Assembly (NCBI GenBank): GCA_049322915.1
Contig: JBMOPW010000032.1
Location: forward strand, 178,496 to 242,495
Direction of reading: 5' to 3'
From: Candidatus Zhuqueibacterota bacterium
GTDB lineage: Bacteria; Zhuqueibacterota; Zhuqueibacteria; Thermofontimicrobiales; Thermofontimicrobiaceae
DNA length: 64,000 nucleotides
Numbering within the stretch: the first letter of the stretch is position 1; the number at the start of each line of letters is the position of its first letter. The notes under the pieces are model-generated. The model saw nothing but the letters and a program-made list of their open reading frames with translations, did not search any database and was not told where the DNA came from. A program made the position numbers and the translations under genes. Positions 1 through 10,181 of this stretch are shown piece after piece.

Positions 1-330
1 TTCCGCTATCCGGGTCCGCGACCGCACACGAAAGAAACCGGCATTGTGATGTTGGCCGATACCGTCGAAGCCGCGGCTCGAACGCTGAAAGATCCGTCCG
101 CCGGAAGAATTCGAGGCATGATCACCACGATTGTGCACGATCGTTTCGAGGACTCTGAACTTGACGAATGTCCTTTGACCATGCGTGATCTCAATAAAAT
201 TATCGATAGCTTCGACACGATTTTGTTAGGTCGTTTTCACACGCGGATTGAATACCCGGAACGAAACGATAAACCGGGCGCGTCAAAAGAACGAAAGCTG
301 AAAGATAAAAATGCCGAAATACAAAATTAA
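1..330 (+). CDS. C-terminal part of a 7TM-HD/HDIG phosphohydrolase (PgpH-like), truncated by the window edge
   Basis: Frame open from base 1: FRYPGPRPHTKETGIVMLADTVEAAARTL...FHTRIEYP, the typical C-terminus of HDIG proteins found upstream of ybeY. Confidence 0.85.
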   Translation, partial: FRYPGPRPHTKETGIVMLADTVEAAARTLKDPSAGRIRGMITTIVHDRFEDSELDECPLTMRDLNKIIDSFDTILLGRFHTRIEYPERNDKPGASKERKLKDKNAEIQN

Positions 331-742
331 AGTTGAAGACATTTATTCCCAATGCCCGGCCGAAAAGAAAATTCTCAAGAAAATTGCAGAACATGTGTTG
401 TCAGAAGAACGGGTGATGCTAGCGGATATAAATATCGTTCTGGTGGATGATGCCTTCATCATCAATCTCAATAAGCAGTATCTGAACAAGACAACAACCA
501 CAGATGTGATCAGTTTCAATTTCGAAGAGCCCCCGGATCTTCAGAATCTGGATGGTGAAGTGTACGCCAATGTCGAGCAAATTCGACGGCAGGCTGAAGA
601 GTATGAGGTGACGGAAGCGGAGGAGCTTCATCGCATTGTCATTCACGGATTGCTTCATCTCATCGGATATAATGATGCCAGCCCGGTCGACAAAAATGCC
701 ATGACGGAGAAGGAAAATTTTTATCTATCTCCGATACAATGA
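311..742 (+). CDS. ybeY: rRNA maturation endoribonuclease YbeY
   Basis: TDVISF and HGLLHLIGYND (H-x3-H-x5-H/D) motifs. Confidence 0.92.
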   Translation: MPKYKIKVEDIYSQCPAEKKILKKIAEHVLSEERVMLADINIVLVDDAFIINLNKQYLNKTTTTDVISFNFEEPPDLQNLDGEVYANVEQIRRQAEEYEVTEAEELHRIVIHGLLHLIGYNDASPVDKNAMTEKENFYLSPIQ

Positions 743-769
743 ACATAATTTTAGGAGGTTTTTTCCCTT

Positions 770-2080
770 TTGGATAGCCAGTCATTTTTTCAATTGGTGC
801 TATTTTTTATTTTAGTCTTGCTGTCTGCTTTCTTCTCCGGCAGTGAAGCCGCTTTTTTTTCGTTGTCAAAGGAGATGGTCGAGAGGCTGCGTGAAAGCAG
901 ATCCAAACATGCAACGAGAATCGTTCAGTTACTGGAAAAGCCGCGCTTTTTGCTAATCTCAATCCTGGTCGGCAACACAATCGTCAATGTCGCTGCAGCA
1001 TCGGTCGCGGCATTATTTACCAGTGATTTGAGCAGCCGATACCACTTTTCAGAAGATGTGGCCATTTTTGTGGAAGTAATTGTCGTCACCACCGTTCTGA
1101 TAATTTTTGCTGAATTGACCCCGAAAATATTTGCAGTCAAAAATGCCTACAAATTTGCTGCTACCATTGCTATCCCTTTAAGGATCATCACAATTATATT
1201 GTTTCCTATCTCTGCTATTTTGAACAATTTTCCGAAGCTCATCTCCGGCCTTGTCGCGACCCGGGTGAGAAAACATCTGTTGTCCAAAGATGAATTAAAA
1301 ACGTTGCTGGAAGTGAGTGAGGAAAAAGGCGCGCTCGAAGAAGATGAAAAAGAGATGATTCATTCCATTCTGGAATTTTCTGAGACGACAGTGCGTGAAA
1401 TTATGGTGCCTCGCATCGATATGATTCGCGTGGAAAAGAGAGCGTCTCTCGAAATACTCATTGAAACGATCAAGAAAGAGGGACATACCCGCCTTCCGCT
1501 GTACGACCAGAAAATCGATAATATATTGGGGATAATTCACGCCAAGGACTTGCTGCCTTTTATTGGTGATAATTCTAAAAAGTTTGATCTTGAATCGCTG
1601 GCGCGGCCTGCCATGTTCGTCCCGGAAAGCAAACTGATCGGTGAATTGCTCAAGGATTTTCAGATCGAAAAGCAGCACATGGCAATTGTGGTGGATGAGT
1701 ATGGCGGCACAGCCGGCCTCATCACTCTGGAAGACGTCATCGAAGAGATCGTCGGGGAGATACAGGATGAATACGACTCCGAATCGCCGCTCATCAGGAA
1801 GATTGATGAAAAAACCTATCTCGTCGACGCCAAAATTGATCTGGATGTATTGAATGATGAGCTGGATATCCATCTGCCCGAAGATGCCAGCTATGAAAGT
1901 CTGGGCGGATTCATCCTGGACTTGATTGGCGCGGTGCCTCACAAGAAACAGGAGATAAGCTATTCCGGCTGCCGGTTTATTATTGAAAAAATCGAGCGCA
2001 ATAGAATCGTTCAGGTAATGCTCATTCGGGAACACAGCAGCAACAATAGCCAATCCGATTTTGAACCAGAGGAAAACTGA
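770..2080 (+). CDS. Hemolysin/CorC (CNNM-CBS-CorC_HlyC, GldE-like) transporter
   Basis: FFSGSEAAFFSL N-terminal CNNM domain, tandem CBS (VVDEYGGTAGLITLED), C-terminal transporter-associated domain; TTG start after GGAGG. Confidence 0.9.
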   Translation: MDSQSFFQLVLFFILVLLSAFFSGSEAAFFSLSKEMVERLRESRSKHATRIVQLLEKPRFLLISILVGNTIVNVAAASVAALFTSDLSSRYHFSEDVAIFVEVIVVTTVLIIFAELTPKIFAVKNAYKFAATIAIPLRIITIILFPISAILNNFPKLISGLVATRVRKHLLSKDELKTLLEVSEEKGALEEDEKEMIHSILEFSETTVREIMVPRIDMIRVEKRASLEILIETIKKEGHTRLPLYDQKIDNILGIIHAKDLLPFIGDNSKKFDLESLARPAMFVPESKLIGELLKDFQIEKQHMAIVVDEYGGTAGLITLEDVIEEIVGEIQDEYDSESPLIRKIDEKTYLVDAKIDLDVLNDELDIHLPEDASYESLGGFILDLIGAVPHKKQEISYSGCRFIIEKIERNRIVQVMLIREHSSNNSQSDFEPEEN

Positions 2081-2152
2081 GCCCGGACTTCTTTCTGCGA
2101 AACGAACTGGCGGTGATGTCACTTCAATAAAACAGGCCTGGTTTCACGATTA

Positions 2153-2224
2153 AAAGATGGATTCCCTTTCAGCAGGCAAGCGAAATGCAGGATGCCCCTG
2201 GTGAAGTGGAGTCCATTTTTTTTA
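2153..2224 (+). terminator. Probable intrinsic terminator
   Basis: ATGGATTCC...GGAGTCCAT long imperfect stem followed by a T run after the corC-like gene. Confidence 0.5.
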
Positions 2225-2265
2225 TCCTGTAAGAATCGGAGATCTGTTATTGTCAGAAAAAAATC

Positions 2266-2294
2266 TTGACAAAGTAAATAAAATTTATTAATAT
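2266..2294 (+). promoter_or_regulatory. Sigma70-type promoter
   Basis: TTGACA-17 bp-TAATAT upstream of the 2356 ORF. Confidence 0.6.
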
Positions 2295-2355
2295 ATGGGC
2301 GATTAAAATTAATAAAAAATCCGTTTACCATGTTGAATGTTTTGGGGAGGTTGTT

Positions 2356-3543
2356 ATGCAGAAGATGTATTTCGATGCGCGGGACATTTTTCGCTCGACA
2401 CGGATTGCACTGAGTTTGCAGAGAATCTGGCTGCAATTCGTTGGATTGGCTATTGGCTATCTGGGCTACCTCATGCTCACCTATATTAGCTTCATGACTG
2501 CTGGATTGGAACTTGTCGGCGTGTGGAAAAAACATGGTTTACTGCCGTGTATTTTTTCAGAGCCCCATACCTGGATCGCGACGATGGTCTACAGCATCGG
2601 TGTGCTATGGCTGCTGGTGGTCTATTTAATCGCCACGACGGCTGTTGCCAGGGCGACGTACATGACTTCGAAGGGCAATCATTTTTACACATGGAGAGAT
2701 GCTTTAAAATTTTCATTCAGGAAGATCAGTTCCATTATCCTTTCGCCGATGGCCATTTTGATTTTAATCGGATTATTCGTTTCAGGCGGCGCTGTCGTTG
2801 GATGGTTGGGAAAAATACCGTTCATCGGAGAATTTGGAATCACCATTTTTACGTTGTTTTGGTTCATCGCTTCTTTGCTCATTGTATTTTTTGGCATTGT
2901 GCTGATTGTGGCGCTGATTCAGGCGCCGGCGATTTTGGCAACCACCGATGACGACGCATTCGAAGTTGTGTTTCAGTCGTTCTCCCTTGTCTGGGCTCAG
3001 CCCTGGCGTCTGATTCTATACGAAGCGATTTCGGCTGTCATGGCAGTGGTGGGTTTTGTCGTTCTGGCTACTATTTCAAAAAATGCCTACATCGTGATGG
3101 ACAGAATATTCAGCAATACCATGGGCGAAGATTTCATCAATATCTCCGCGCAGGGAATGTACATTCTTTCAGTATGGCTCACCCACTCTATGAACTGGGT
3201 TCACTCCGCGTTTCACGATATTTCCGATATGTTCTATTTCAGCCGTGAATATGATCCGCTGCAATTAGCGATTGGTTATCATTATGCGGCCTCTTACATT
3301 TTTGCCCTGTGGATGCTGTTCATTGGCGGTTTGATTCTCTCCTACGGAATCGCGTCGTTCAATGTGGGCAATACGCTCACCTATCTGGTGCTGCGAAAGA
3401 AGAAGGACGATGAGAATCTCCTTGAGCGCAAAGATAAAGAGGAGGAAGAAGACGAGGAGGAAGAATCTTCGGAAGAGAAGAAAGAGGGCAATGCCGACGA
3501 GTCAAAGGGTACGACCGAAGACGAAGAAAAAGAAGAAGCGTGA
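2356..3543 (+). CDS. Hypothetical multi-pass membrane protein with acidic C-terminal tail
   Basis: Several hydrophobic segments; GGAGG RBS; E/D-rich tail. Confidence 0.8.
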   Translation: MQKMYFDARDIFRSTRIALSLQRIWLQFVGLAIGYLGYLMLTYISFMTAGLELVGVWKKHGLLPCIFSEPHTWIATMVYSIGVLWLLVVYLIATTAVARATYMTSKGNHFYTWRDALKFSFRKISSIILSPMAILILIGLFVSGGAVVGWLGKIPFIGEFGITIFTLFWFIASLLIVFFGIVLIVALIQAPAILATTDDDAFEVVFQSFSLVWAQPWRLILYEAISAVMAVVGFVVLATISKNAYIVMDRIFSNTMGEDFINISAQGMYILSVWLTHSMNWVHSAFHDISDMFYFSREYDPLQLAIGYHYAASYIFALWMLFIGGLILSYGIASFNVGNTLTYLVLRKKKDDENLLERKDKEEEEDEEEESSEEKKEGNADESKGTTEDEEKEEA

Positions 3544-3629
3544 TAATGCTAAAATACTGTGTGGATGAAACGCGCCGAGAGGCCACCTGTGCGCTACCCA
3601 AATTTTTATAAGATGAATTTCTGATGAAT

Positions 3630-3668
3630 ACCATCCGTGATATGACCCACGGATGGTTTTTTATTTTT
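3630..3668 (+). terminator. Intrinsic terminator
   Basis: ACCATCCGTG-loop-CACGGATGGT followed by a T tract. Confidence 0.8.
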
Positions 3669-3775
3669 GAGAGCTATCTACGGATTTAGGCCGGTTCCAG
3701 CAACGACTTTCTGGGCTTGTAGCTACCAAAATGAGACGATAGTTTAGCGGGTATTTCATGAGTTAACTCGAAGGG

Positions 3776-4816
3776 ATGAAAAATATGGCTATAAATCAGT
3801 TACGGAAAGATCCCATCTCCGGGCGATGGACGATTGTTCTGAAAGATGAATTTCAATTAGAAAAGTTAATAATAAATACGAAGACTAAATTTGAGGAGCC
3901 TAAAGTTGGCGTTTGTCCCTTCTGCGAGACGAAAGAACACCTGACGCCTCCGGAAATAATGGCGCTTCGCCGCGAGGGGTATCCCCAGAACGGACAGGGC
4001 TGGCGCGTTCGCGTGATACCGGATAAGAATCCGGTGCTCCAGATTTACGGCGATATCAACAACAGGGGAGTTGGTCTCTACGATGTGCTGGATGGAATTG
4101 GCGCGCATGAAATTGTCATTGAAACGCCGCGGCACGATGAATCGTTGGCGGATCTGGCGCCGGAGCAGATTTCGGAAGTACTCTGGACCTACAAGGAACG
4201 CATTCTTGATTTGAAAGAAGATGAGCGGCTACGCTACATCATGGTACATAAAAATTCCGGCGAGGCGGTGGGCGAGACAGCCGAACACTCATATTCATTT
4301 ATCATTGGCTCTCCGGTGACGCCCAAACGGGTGAAAGATGAATTGGTGAATTCCCGCGAATACTTCCAGTACAAGGAGCGCTGCGTTTTTTGCGACGTCA
4401 TCCGGCAGGAGAAATTGATGGAGGAGCGAATCGTTGTGGACGATGGCAATTATCTTGCCTTCACTCCCTTTGCCTCGCGCCGGCCCTTCGAAGTGTGGAT
4501 TGCCCCGCAACGGCATCAGACATTTTTCGAACAGGAAGCTGATATCCATGGGCTGGCGGTTATTTTGAAGTCGGTGTTGGGCAGGCTCTTTAAACTCCTG
4601 AATAAACCGGCCTATACCATGGTGGTTCATTCCGGACCAAACATCAAAGCCGGTCGGAAGCGGGGCTTCTGGACGACGCTGGAGAAAGATTATCACTGGC
4701 ACATTGAAATTACGCCGCGACTCCGAAGCTACACAAGTTTTGAGGTGAGCGCTGGCTTCCCGGTAAATTCAGTGATACCGTTCCGGGCCGCCGAGTTGCT
4801 GAGAGGGGTTGAATAA
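3776..4816 (+). CDS. GalT-like (HIT superfamily) nucleotidyltransferase with atypical active site
   Basis: LRKDPISGRW, CPFC, GAHEIVIETP, CVFCD and YHWHIEITPR motifs; the HxHxQ motif reads HSYSF. Confidence 0.85.
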   Translation: MKNMAINQLRKDPISGRWTIVLKDEFQLEKLIINTKTKFEEPKVGVCPFCETKEHLTPPEIMALRREGYPQNGQGWRVRVIPDKNPVLQIYGDINNRGVGLYDVLDGIGAHEIVIETPRHDESLADLAPEQISEVLWTYKERILDLKEDERLRYIMVHKNSGEAVGETAEHSYSFIIGSPVTPKRVKDELVNSREYFQYKERCVFCDVIRQEKLMEERIVVDDGNYLAFTPFASRRPFEVWIAPQRHQTFFEQEADIHGLAVILKSVLGRLFKLLNKPAYTMVVHSGPNIKAGRKRGFWTTLEKDYHWHIEITPRLRSYTSFEVSAGFPVNSVIPFRAAELLRGVE

Positions 4817-4828
4817 TTCTCTGTTGCT

Positions 4829-5749
4829 ATGGCTTATTTTCAGCTCGAAAAAATGCCGTCCTGTCTGGCGCTGTATCAATCCGGCGAACTGTACCTGCGC
4901 ATACAGCGGCTGCACGATATGTTAAAACAATGCAGCCTCTGTCCCCGTCGCTGCGGCGTTGATCGGACTGCCGGCGAAATTGGCGTCTGCAACGCCGGCG
5001 CCACATTGAAAGTATCCAGCGCTTTTCCCCACTTTGGCGAAGAACGCCCGCTGGTTGGCAGGCGCGGTTCCGGCACGATCTTTTTCAGCCATTGCAACCT
5101 GCGCTGTAGTTTTTGCCAGAATTATGACATCAGCCACCACGGCGCCGGCGATGAAGTGAGTCCGGCGCAATTGTCCGGAATGATGATGTCGCTTCAGAAC
5201 GCCGGATGTCTGAATATCAATTTTGTCACGCCCACCCATTTTGTTCCGTACATTGTAGCAGCGCTGCCGCAGGCGATTCAGGATGGCCTGAAAATTCCCC
5301 TCGTCTATAATTGCAGCGGATATGAATCTCTGGAAGTGATCGAACTGCTCGATGGGATCATTGATATTTACATGCCGGATGCGAAATTTTCCAGCGTGGA
5401 GCATGCAACGCGATTCGCCTGTGCTGGTGATTACTTTTCAGTGTTGAAGCCAGTCCTCAAGGAAATGCATCGCCAGGTGGGCTCGCTCAAAACGACAGAA
5501 CATGGGGACGCCTATCGCGGGCTGCTCATTCGGCATCTGGTAATGCCGAATGATACGGCTGGCTCGCGGGAGATTTTGAGATTCATTGCTACTGAACTCG
5601 GTGCGGACAGCTATGTGAATATCATGAATCAATACCGTCCCTGCTTTCACGCCACAGCTGACTCGCTGATCAACCGACCCATTACCTCATGGGAATATCA
5701 ATCAGCCATTGAATTGGCAAAAGAATTTGGCCTCAATCGGGGCTTTTAA
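4829..5749 (+). CDS. Radical SAM protein, PflX-like
   Basis: CSLCPRRC N-terminal motif plus CNLRCSFC radical SAM motif and YMPDAK. Confidence 0.85.
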   Translation: MAYFQLEKMPSCLALYQSGELYLRIQRLHDMLKQCSLCPRRCGVDRTAGEIGVCNAGATLKVSSAFPHFGEERPLVGRRGSGTIFFSHCNLRCSFCQNYDISHHGAGDEVSPAQLSGMMMSLQNAGCLNINFVTPTHFVPYIVAALPQAIQDGLKIPLVYNCSGYESLEVIELLDGIIDIYMPDAKFSSVEHATRFACAGDYFSVLKPVLKEMHRQVGSLKTTEHGDAYRGLLIRHLVMPNDTAGSREILRFIATELGADSYVNIMNQYRPCFHATADSLINRPITSWEYQSAIELAKEFGLNRGF

Positions 5750-5768
5750 GAATGGAAGGAGTACCGCT

Positions 5769-7265
5769 TTGGAAATCGCGAATTGTCCCCGCCTTCAGAT
5801 GTCTAACATAACCAAGAAATACGCCGGGATTACGGCGCTTCAATCCGTGAATTTCACACTGAACAGGGGTGAGGTGCACGCTCTCGTCGGGGAGAATGGA
5901 GCCGGAAAATCAACGCTGATTAAGATACTTGGCGGAGCTATTCCCAAAACTCAGGGGGAAATTTTCTTCGATGGCGTGAAGCAGGAAATCCATGATCCCC
6001 AGCAGGCGCAAAGGTTGGGCGTTGCAGTCATTTACCAGGAACTCATGCTGGCTCCGGATCTCACGGCAGCCGATAATATCCTGTTGGGCCGATTTCCCAA
6101 AAAATGGAAACTGTTTGTGGATAAAAAAGAGGTGCTACGGCGGTCGAGGGAAATTTTATCCATGCTGGGCTCTCAGATTGATTTGAACATTCCCATTCAT
6201 TTGCTGACCATCGCTGAACAGCAGATGGTTGAAGTTGCCCGGGCGCTATCACTGAACGCGAACATCATTGTCATGGACGAGCCCTCGGCTGTGTTGACGC
6301 CGCATGAATTGGGAAAGCTGTTCGACGTGATTCGCACACTCAAACAGCAGGGCGTCTCATTCATTTACATCTCGCATCGGTTGGAAGAAGTGTTTCGAAT
6401 CGCCGATCGGGTGACGGTGCTTCGCGACGGCGCGCACCAGTGCACAAGAAATATTCGGGATGTGAATCGCGACCAGATCATCACCTTGATGGTGGGCCGA
6501 AATTTGACATTCGCTGATGCCGCCGCGCCGATAGGGAAAGGGCATCAGGCAATTTTGGAAGTCAAAGGGCTTCGCAGTGAATTTCTGCAGCATCCGATAG
6601 ACTTCACATTGTATCAGGGAGAAATTCTGGGCATCGCCGGGTTGGTCGGCGCTGGCCGAACCCAGGTGGTCCGGGCGTTGTTTGGCGCGGATGCAAAACT
6701 GGCCGGGCAAATTTTCATCAATGGCAAGACAGTGGAAATTCATTCACCGGCAGATGCTGTGCGGCAGGGATTGGGACTTGTTCCCGAGGATCGGAAAAAC
6801 CAGGGATTGCTGATGGATTTGTCCGTGGCTGAAAATATGACCATCACCAATCTCAAAAAATTAACGAGCGCCGGGGTGATTAAAAAATCAAGGGAAAAAC
6901 AGACGGCGGAGTCGTTGATAGCCCGTCTTGACATTCGGACATCCTCAATCGCTGATAACATAACCAGCCTGAGCGGGGGAAATCAGCAAAAAGTGATACT
7001 GGCGCGGTGGCTGGACAGCAACGCGAAAATCATAATTTTTGATGAACCGACTCGCGGCGTTGACGTAGGGGCGAAGAGTCAAATTCATTCGCTCATGCGG
7101 GAGTTGAAGGCTCAGGGGACATCGATTATCATGATTTCATCGGAACTACCGGAGATACTCGATTTGAGCGATCGGATTCTTGTCATGCGTCAGGGTCGAA
7201 TCACCGGGCAACTGCAGCGAGAACTGGCGACGGAAGAAAAGATCATTTCCATGGCAACTCAATGA
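5769..7265 (+). CDS. Sugar ABC transporter ATP-binding protein (RbsA/MglA type, two ABC domains)
   Basis: GENGAGKST, VMDEPS, LSGGNQQK, DEPTRGVD; TTG start after AAGGAG. Confidence 0.92.
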   Translation: MEIANCPRLQMSNITKKYAGITALQSVNFTLNRGEVHALVGENGAGKSTLIKILGGAIPKTQGEIFFDGVKQEIHDPQQAQRLGVAVIYQELMLAPDLTAADNILLGRFPKKWKLFVDKKEVLRRSREILSMLGSQIDLNIPIHLLTIAEQQMVEVARALSLNANIIVMDEPSAVLTPHELGKLFDVIRTLKQQGVSFIYISHRLEEVFRIADRVTVLRDGAHQCTRNIRDVNRDQIITLMVGRNLTFADAAAPIGKGHQAILEVKGLRSEFLQHPIDFTLYQGEILGIAGLVGAGRTQVVRALFGADAKLAGQIFINGKTVEIHSPADAVRQGLGLVPEDRKNQGLLMDLSVAENMTITNLKKLTSAGVIKKSREKQTAESLIARLDIRTSSIADNITSLSGGNQQKVILARWLDSNAKIIIFDEPTRGVDVGAKSQIHSLMRELKAQGTSIIMISSELPEILDLSDRILVMRQGRITGQLQRELATEEKIISMATQ

Positions 7266-7289
7266 ACAAAGGAAAAGGAGCGCTGACAC

Positions 7290-8432
7290 ATGTTGAAATT
7301 ATTTATCCTGATAAGTGCAATGCACTTATTTTTCAATAGCTGCATCGGGCAGGAAAAGGCGATTACGATTACTGTCACCGCCGCTGATTCCGTCATGCCG
7401 GCAGATGATAAAATTTATATCACCGGAAATGTGAAGCAATTGGGAAATTGGCAACCGGATTCCGTTTCTTTGAATAAAATCGGCAATTCGACCTGGGAAA
7501 TAACGTTGAAATTTCAGGTCGGCGAGCGGTTAGAATACAAATTCACCCGGGGAAGCTGGCAAAAAGAAGAGGTGCTGCCTGGCGGCGTTGTGCCCGGCAA
7601 TAAATATTTGATTGTTCAGTCGGATCAACGGGTGGAACACACCATTTACAACTGGCGGGATTTCTACCACACCCGGGTCGGTGGAATGACCGGCGCTGTG
7701 TCGTATCATGAAAATTTCCCTTCACAGAAGTTGGGCAATACCAGAACGCTCATCGTGTGGACTCCGCCAGATTATGAGCAAAGCACGACGCGATATCCGG
7801 TTTTATACATGCACGACGGGCAGAATGTTTTCGATCCGGCAACGTCCTTCCTGGGCGTTGACTGGCAAATTGATGAAACCGTCGATAGCCTGATTCGTCG
7901 CCAAAGGATCGAGGAAATTATTGTCGTGGGAATTTACAATACCGCAGACAGACTGCTCGAATATACCGATACTGAAAAAGGCCGCGCCTACATGGATTTT
8001 CTTGTCAATGAAGTAAAACCGTTCATCGATCAAAATTACCGGACAAAAACAGACCGGGACAACACAGCGATTATGGGCTCGTCCCTGGGTGGCCTGATTT
8101 CGTTCTATCTTGTCTGGCGATTTCCGGACATTTTCAGCAAGGCAGCCTGTCTTTCCACGTCCATTTACTGGAATAACGGCGCCATGGCCAGGGAAATCGA
8201 AGCGTACAATGGGCCAAAAAAAGATATTAAAATTTATTTTGACAGCAGCGGTGCGGGCAGAGAGGGGCTGCTGCTTCCATTCTATCATCGGATTAATGAA
8301 TTATTGGGCGCCAAAGGCTTTCAGATGGGAGTGGATCTGGAATATTTCTACGACGAAAAGGCGGATCATTCTGAGCCCTCCTGGGCCAAACGTTCCTGGC
8401 GACCGTTGGAATTTATGTTTGGGTTGAAATAA
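7290..8432 (+). CDS. Secreted/lipoprotein alpha/beta hydrolase (esterase family) with N-terminal CBM20-like domain
   Basis: Signal peptide; IYITGN..QLGNW and LEYKFTRGSW (CBM20-like); YPVLYMHDGQN and GSSLGG nucleophile elbow. Confidence 0.8.
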   Translation: MLKLFILISAMHLFFNSCIGQEKAITITVTAADSVMPADDKIYITGNVKQLGNWQPDSVSLNKIGNSTWEITLKFQVGERLEYKFTRGSWQKEEVLPGGVVPGNKYLIVQSDQRVEHTIYNWRDFYHTRVGGMTGAVSYHENFPSQKLGNTRTLIVWTPPDYEQSTTRYPVLYMHDGQNVFDPATSFLGVDWQIDETVDSLIRRQRIEEIIVVGIYNTADRLLEYTDTEKGRAYMDFLVNEVKPFIDQNYRTKTDRDNTAIMGSSLGGLISFYLVWRFPDIFSKAACLSTSIYWNNGAMAREIEAYNGPKKDIKIYFDSSGAGREGLLLPFYHRINELLGAKGFQMGVDLEYFYDEKADHSEPSWAKRSWRPLEFMFGLK

Positions 8433-8629
8433 GGCGCCCGGCGGATGCCAATCTGCCGCGACCCAGCTTGTGCGTTCTCCGCCGATGTGAATCAGGCTTT
8501 TTCCGGGTCAGCTTCGAGCCGCAGTAATGTGTGGTTGAACTGAGTCACCCACATCGACGTAATTATCGATTCCGCGCCAATTGAATCTTTTTTCTTCTCC
8601 GATCATCAAAATAGCAGGAGGAAAGAGAA

Positions 8630-8833
8630 ATGGAGAAGAAACCAGAGGCCATTATTCAGACGATTTGCGGCTCGATCGAGGATCGAATCGACGCATGTGC
8701 GGATCGGCATGTCGCTCAACTCTTGAAGGAGCGACTATGCTCGGAGCTGCGTGAGGGCTGCAAAAGTGAAATCGTAAATAATTTTTTAGATAAAATTGTC
8801 GATGAATTGATAAAACGAAAATTCAGAAATTGA
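8630..8833 (+). CDS. Small Cys-containing hypothetical protein
   Basis: AGGAGG RBS; first gene of a tightly spaced run; 4 Cys. Confidence 0.65.
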   Translation: MEKKPEAIIQTICGSIEDRIDACADRHVAQLLKERLCSELREGCKSEIVNNFLDKIVDELIKRKFRN

Positions 8834-8837
8834 TGCA

Positions 8838-9050
8838 ATGGAAAAGGTGACCAAAAAAGTTACAATTGAAGAGTTAATCGTGGAGCACCCATTTTCAGTG
8901 AATTATCTGATGGAGAAGAATATCCGCTGCATTCGCTGCGGAGAACCCATTTGGGGGACACTGGAGGAAGCTGCACGGGAAAAAGGCTATACAGATGATC
9001 AAATCGAATTAATTGTGAATGATATGAATGAAACAATCAGCAAACAGTAA
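8838..9050 (+). CDS. DUF1858-like small protein
   Basis: IRCIRCGEPIWGTLEEAAREKG CxxC pattern typical of DUF1858. Confidence 0.75.
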   Translation: MEKVTKKVTIEELIVEHPFSVNYLMEKNIRCIRCGEPIWGTLEEAAREKGYTDDQIELIVNDMNETISKQ

Positions 9051-9074
9051 AATAGTCTGTGTTAAGGAGGATTA

Positions 9075-9497
9075 ATGAAAGCAAAATTAAGACAGGTGAA
9101 TGGCCTGACCCTGGTCGGAAAAGGCGATTCAAATCATTGGGTAGCATTGGATACAGTGGAACATCTCGGAGGTACCGATGCTGGTACAAAGCCGATGGAA
9201 TTGATTTTATTGGGACTGGGTGGTTGCACGGCGATGGATGTGCTCTCGATTCTCAAAAAGAAACGGACGCCGATAACCGGATTTGAGATGGAGGTGGATG
9301 CAGAACAGGCGGAAAATTTTCCCAAGGTATTCACGAAAATTACGGTCAAATATATTTTTTACGGCGATAAAACCAGGATCAAAACGACGGATATCGAGCA
9401 TGCCATGGAGCTTTCGGCTAATGTTTACTGCTCCGTGTCCGCCATGTTAAAAGCTACAGCAGATATTCGGTATGAGTATGAAATCAAAGAGGCATGA
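9075..9497 (+). CDS. OsmC family protein
   Basis: PMELILLGLGGCTAMDV and YCSVSAML conserved Cys pair. Confidence 0.9.
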   Translation: MKAKLRQVNGLTLVGKGDSNHWVALDTVEHLGGTDAGTKPMELILLGLGGCTAMDVLSILKKKRTPITGFEMEVDAEQAENFPKVFTKITVKYIFYGDKTRIKTTDIEHAMELSANVYCSVSAMLKATADIRYEYEIKEA

Positions 9498-9608
9498 TTG
9501 ATTCAGGGATTATATTGAAATAAATCTGGAACTTCCATCAAATAAAACTTGTTTTTTTCAATTTAATTATTTATTATTTCACGTTGTAAAAAAATTGGAA
9601 GACAGGGT

Positions 9609-10181
9609 ATGATGGAAGTTTCAGAGAAAGATCTAATTCAACACGCTCGAAATGGCGATCGAATTGCACAGGCTCGGATTGTAGAAAAGTATGAAAAGAT
9701 GGTCTACAATCTGGGATTGAAATTATTGGGCAACCCGGATGCTGCCGAGTGCATTTTGCAGGAGACGTTTTTAAAAGTACTTCAGGCATTGCCCAACTTC
9801 AAAGAGCAGTCCCAATTGTCAACGTGGATCTATCGCATTGCGACAAATCAGGCGTTGATGCGTCTACGCACCAAGAAAAAAGAGCGCGCATCGTTCGAAT
9901 CGAACCTGGAAGATGAAAACAAGGATTACTCAGTTTTCATCCAGTCCCTCGACGCCGGGCCATTGGATGCGTTACTCAACACAGAGCTCAAAGAAAAGAT
10001 GGACTATGCCATCAGCAAGCTGCCGGACAATTACCGGACTGTCTTTGTGTTGAAAGACATTGAAGGAATGGCGTTGAAAGAAATAGCCGAGCTGCTGGAT
10101 CTTTCATTGCCGGCTGTGAAATCCAATTTGCATCGCGCGCGGGTTTTTCTGAGAAACCAATTATCTGAAATTTGGAATTAA
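9609..10181 (+). CDS. ECF RNA polymerase sigma factor
   Basis: Region 2 (QETFLK, STWIYRIATN) and region 4 (EIAELLDLSLPAVKSNLHRAR). Confidence 0.92.
   Translation: MMEVSEKDLIQHARNGDRIAQARIVEKYEKMVYNLGLKLLGNPDAAECILQETFLKVLQALPNFKEQSQLSTWIYRIATNQALMRLRTKKKERASFESNLEDENKDYSVFIQSLDAGPLDALLNTELKEKMDYAISKLPDNYRTVFVLKDIEGMALKEIAELLDLSLPAVKSNLHRARVFLRNQLSEIWN

Noticed and set aside
1295..2122. 275-aa antisense ORF, and similar shadow ORFs such as 10745-11464 and 54595-55386
   Set aside because: Fully opposite well-supported genes, with no recognisable motifs
3430..3543. GAA/GAG-rich repeat
   Set aside because: Simply encodes an acidic low-complexity protein tail
9529..9560. GGAACTT as an autoregulatory ECF promoter
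   Set aside because: No convincing -10 element at the expected spacing
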